A stretch of 60,103 bases of DNA from Limisphaerales bacterium (GTDB taxonomy: Bacteria; Verrucomicrobiota; Verrucomicrobiia; Limisphaerales; SIBE01): assembly GCA_044225505.1 (NCBI GenBank), contig JBGAIN010000032.1:1-60103 (forward strand), given 5' to 3'. The translations under genes were made by a program, and so were the position numbers. The notes below the pieces were generated by a model, which was not told where the DNA came from, did not search any database, and was given only the letters and a program-made list of their open reading frames with translations. How positions within the stretch are numbered: the stretch's first letter is position 1; every line of letters starts with the position of its first letter. Below are positions 59,708 to 60,103 of this stretch, in pieces.

Positions 59708-60103
59708 ATGGATCTTGCCGGGAACTTGGAATCGATCACGCAGCGCATGCACGCGGCTTGCGCCCGTGCAGGTCGCGATCCGGCCAGTGTGACCTTGCTT
59801 GCGGTTGCCAAAGGCCAGCCTCCTCAGCGGGTTCGCGAGGCGGCGGATTTGGGACTGACTTTGTTTGGCGAAAACAAAGTGCAGGAAGCCAAAATCAAAA
59901 TCGGGCAATGTCCGGGAAAACTCCGGTGGCATATGATTGGCCATCTGCAATCCAACAAGTGCCGCGACGCGGTTCACTTCTTCCAGATGATCCAGAGCGT
60001 CGACAGTCTTGAGCTAGCCATGGAGCTGGATCGTTGCGCGCAGAAGGCGGCTAAAACCGTCCCGATTCTTTTAGAAGTCAATGTCGCTGGCGAATCCAGC
60101 AAG
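59708..60103 (+). CDS. yggS: YggS/PLPBP pyridoxal phosphate homeostasis protein, 3'-partial
   Basis: Manual translation MDLAGNLESI..VTLLAVAK..FGENKVQE..WHMIGHLQSNK..IQSVDS..LLEVNVAGESSK; runs off the window end. Confidence 0.95.
   Translation, partial: MDLAGNLESITQRMHAACARAGRDPASVTLLAVAKGQPPQRVREAADLGLTLFGENKVQEAKIKIGQCPGKLRWHMIGHLQSNKCRDAVHFFQMIQSVDSLELAMELDRCAQKAAKTVPILLEVNVAGESSK

Overview
Bacterial, GC-rich window, most likely from a Verrucomicrobiota (Pedosphaera/Limisphaerales-like) metagenome assembly. This is inferred from the gene content: a DUF1549/DUF1553 + DUF1501 pair, H-X9-DG prepilin-like genes, Gloeo_Verruco repeats, BlaI/M56 pairs and an ECF sigma/Ser-Thr kinase pair. No rRNA, tRNA, CRISPR array, integrase or transposase was seen. 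The first ~43 kb is accessory and partly decayed: secreted hydrolases and beta-helix/Ig/propeller proteins, regulators, an RND system spanning an assembly gap, and many gene fragments. The last ~17 kb holds opgG-X-opgH, a Wzx/methyltransferase cluster, the DUF1553/DUF1501 pair, a J-domain protein and yggS. Main observations: (1) six otherwise unrelated exported proteins plus one remnant share a ~60-75 aa module ending in [FY][YFW]R (C-terminal in five), a candidate sorting signal. (2) An ECF sigma + kinase-TPR module has three copies of a TGTTAAA-N16-CGTT promoter motif, two of them in front of genes carrying that module. (3) A ~16 kb block is bracketed by two diverged copies of the comM promoter and 5' end. 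(4) A two-component system is flanked by two near-identical 18-bp direct-repeat boxes. (5) Two intergenic palindromes are built from 11-bp units. All family assignments come from reading motifs by eye; no database search was run.
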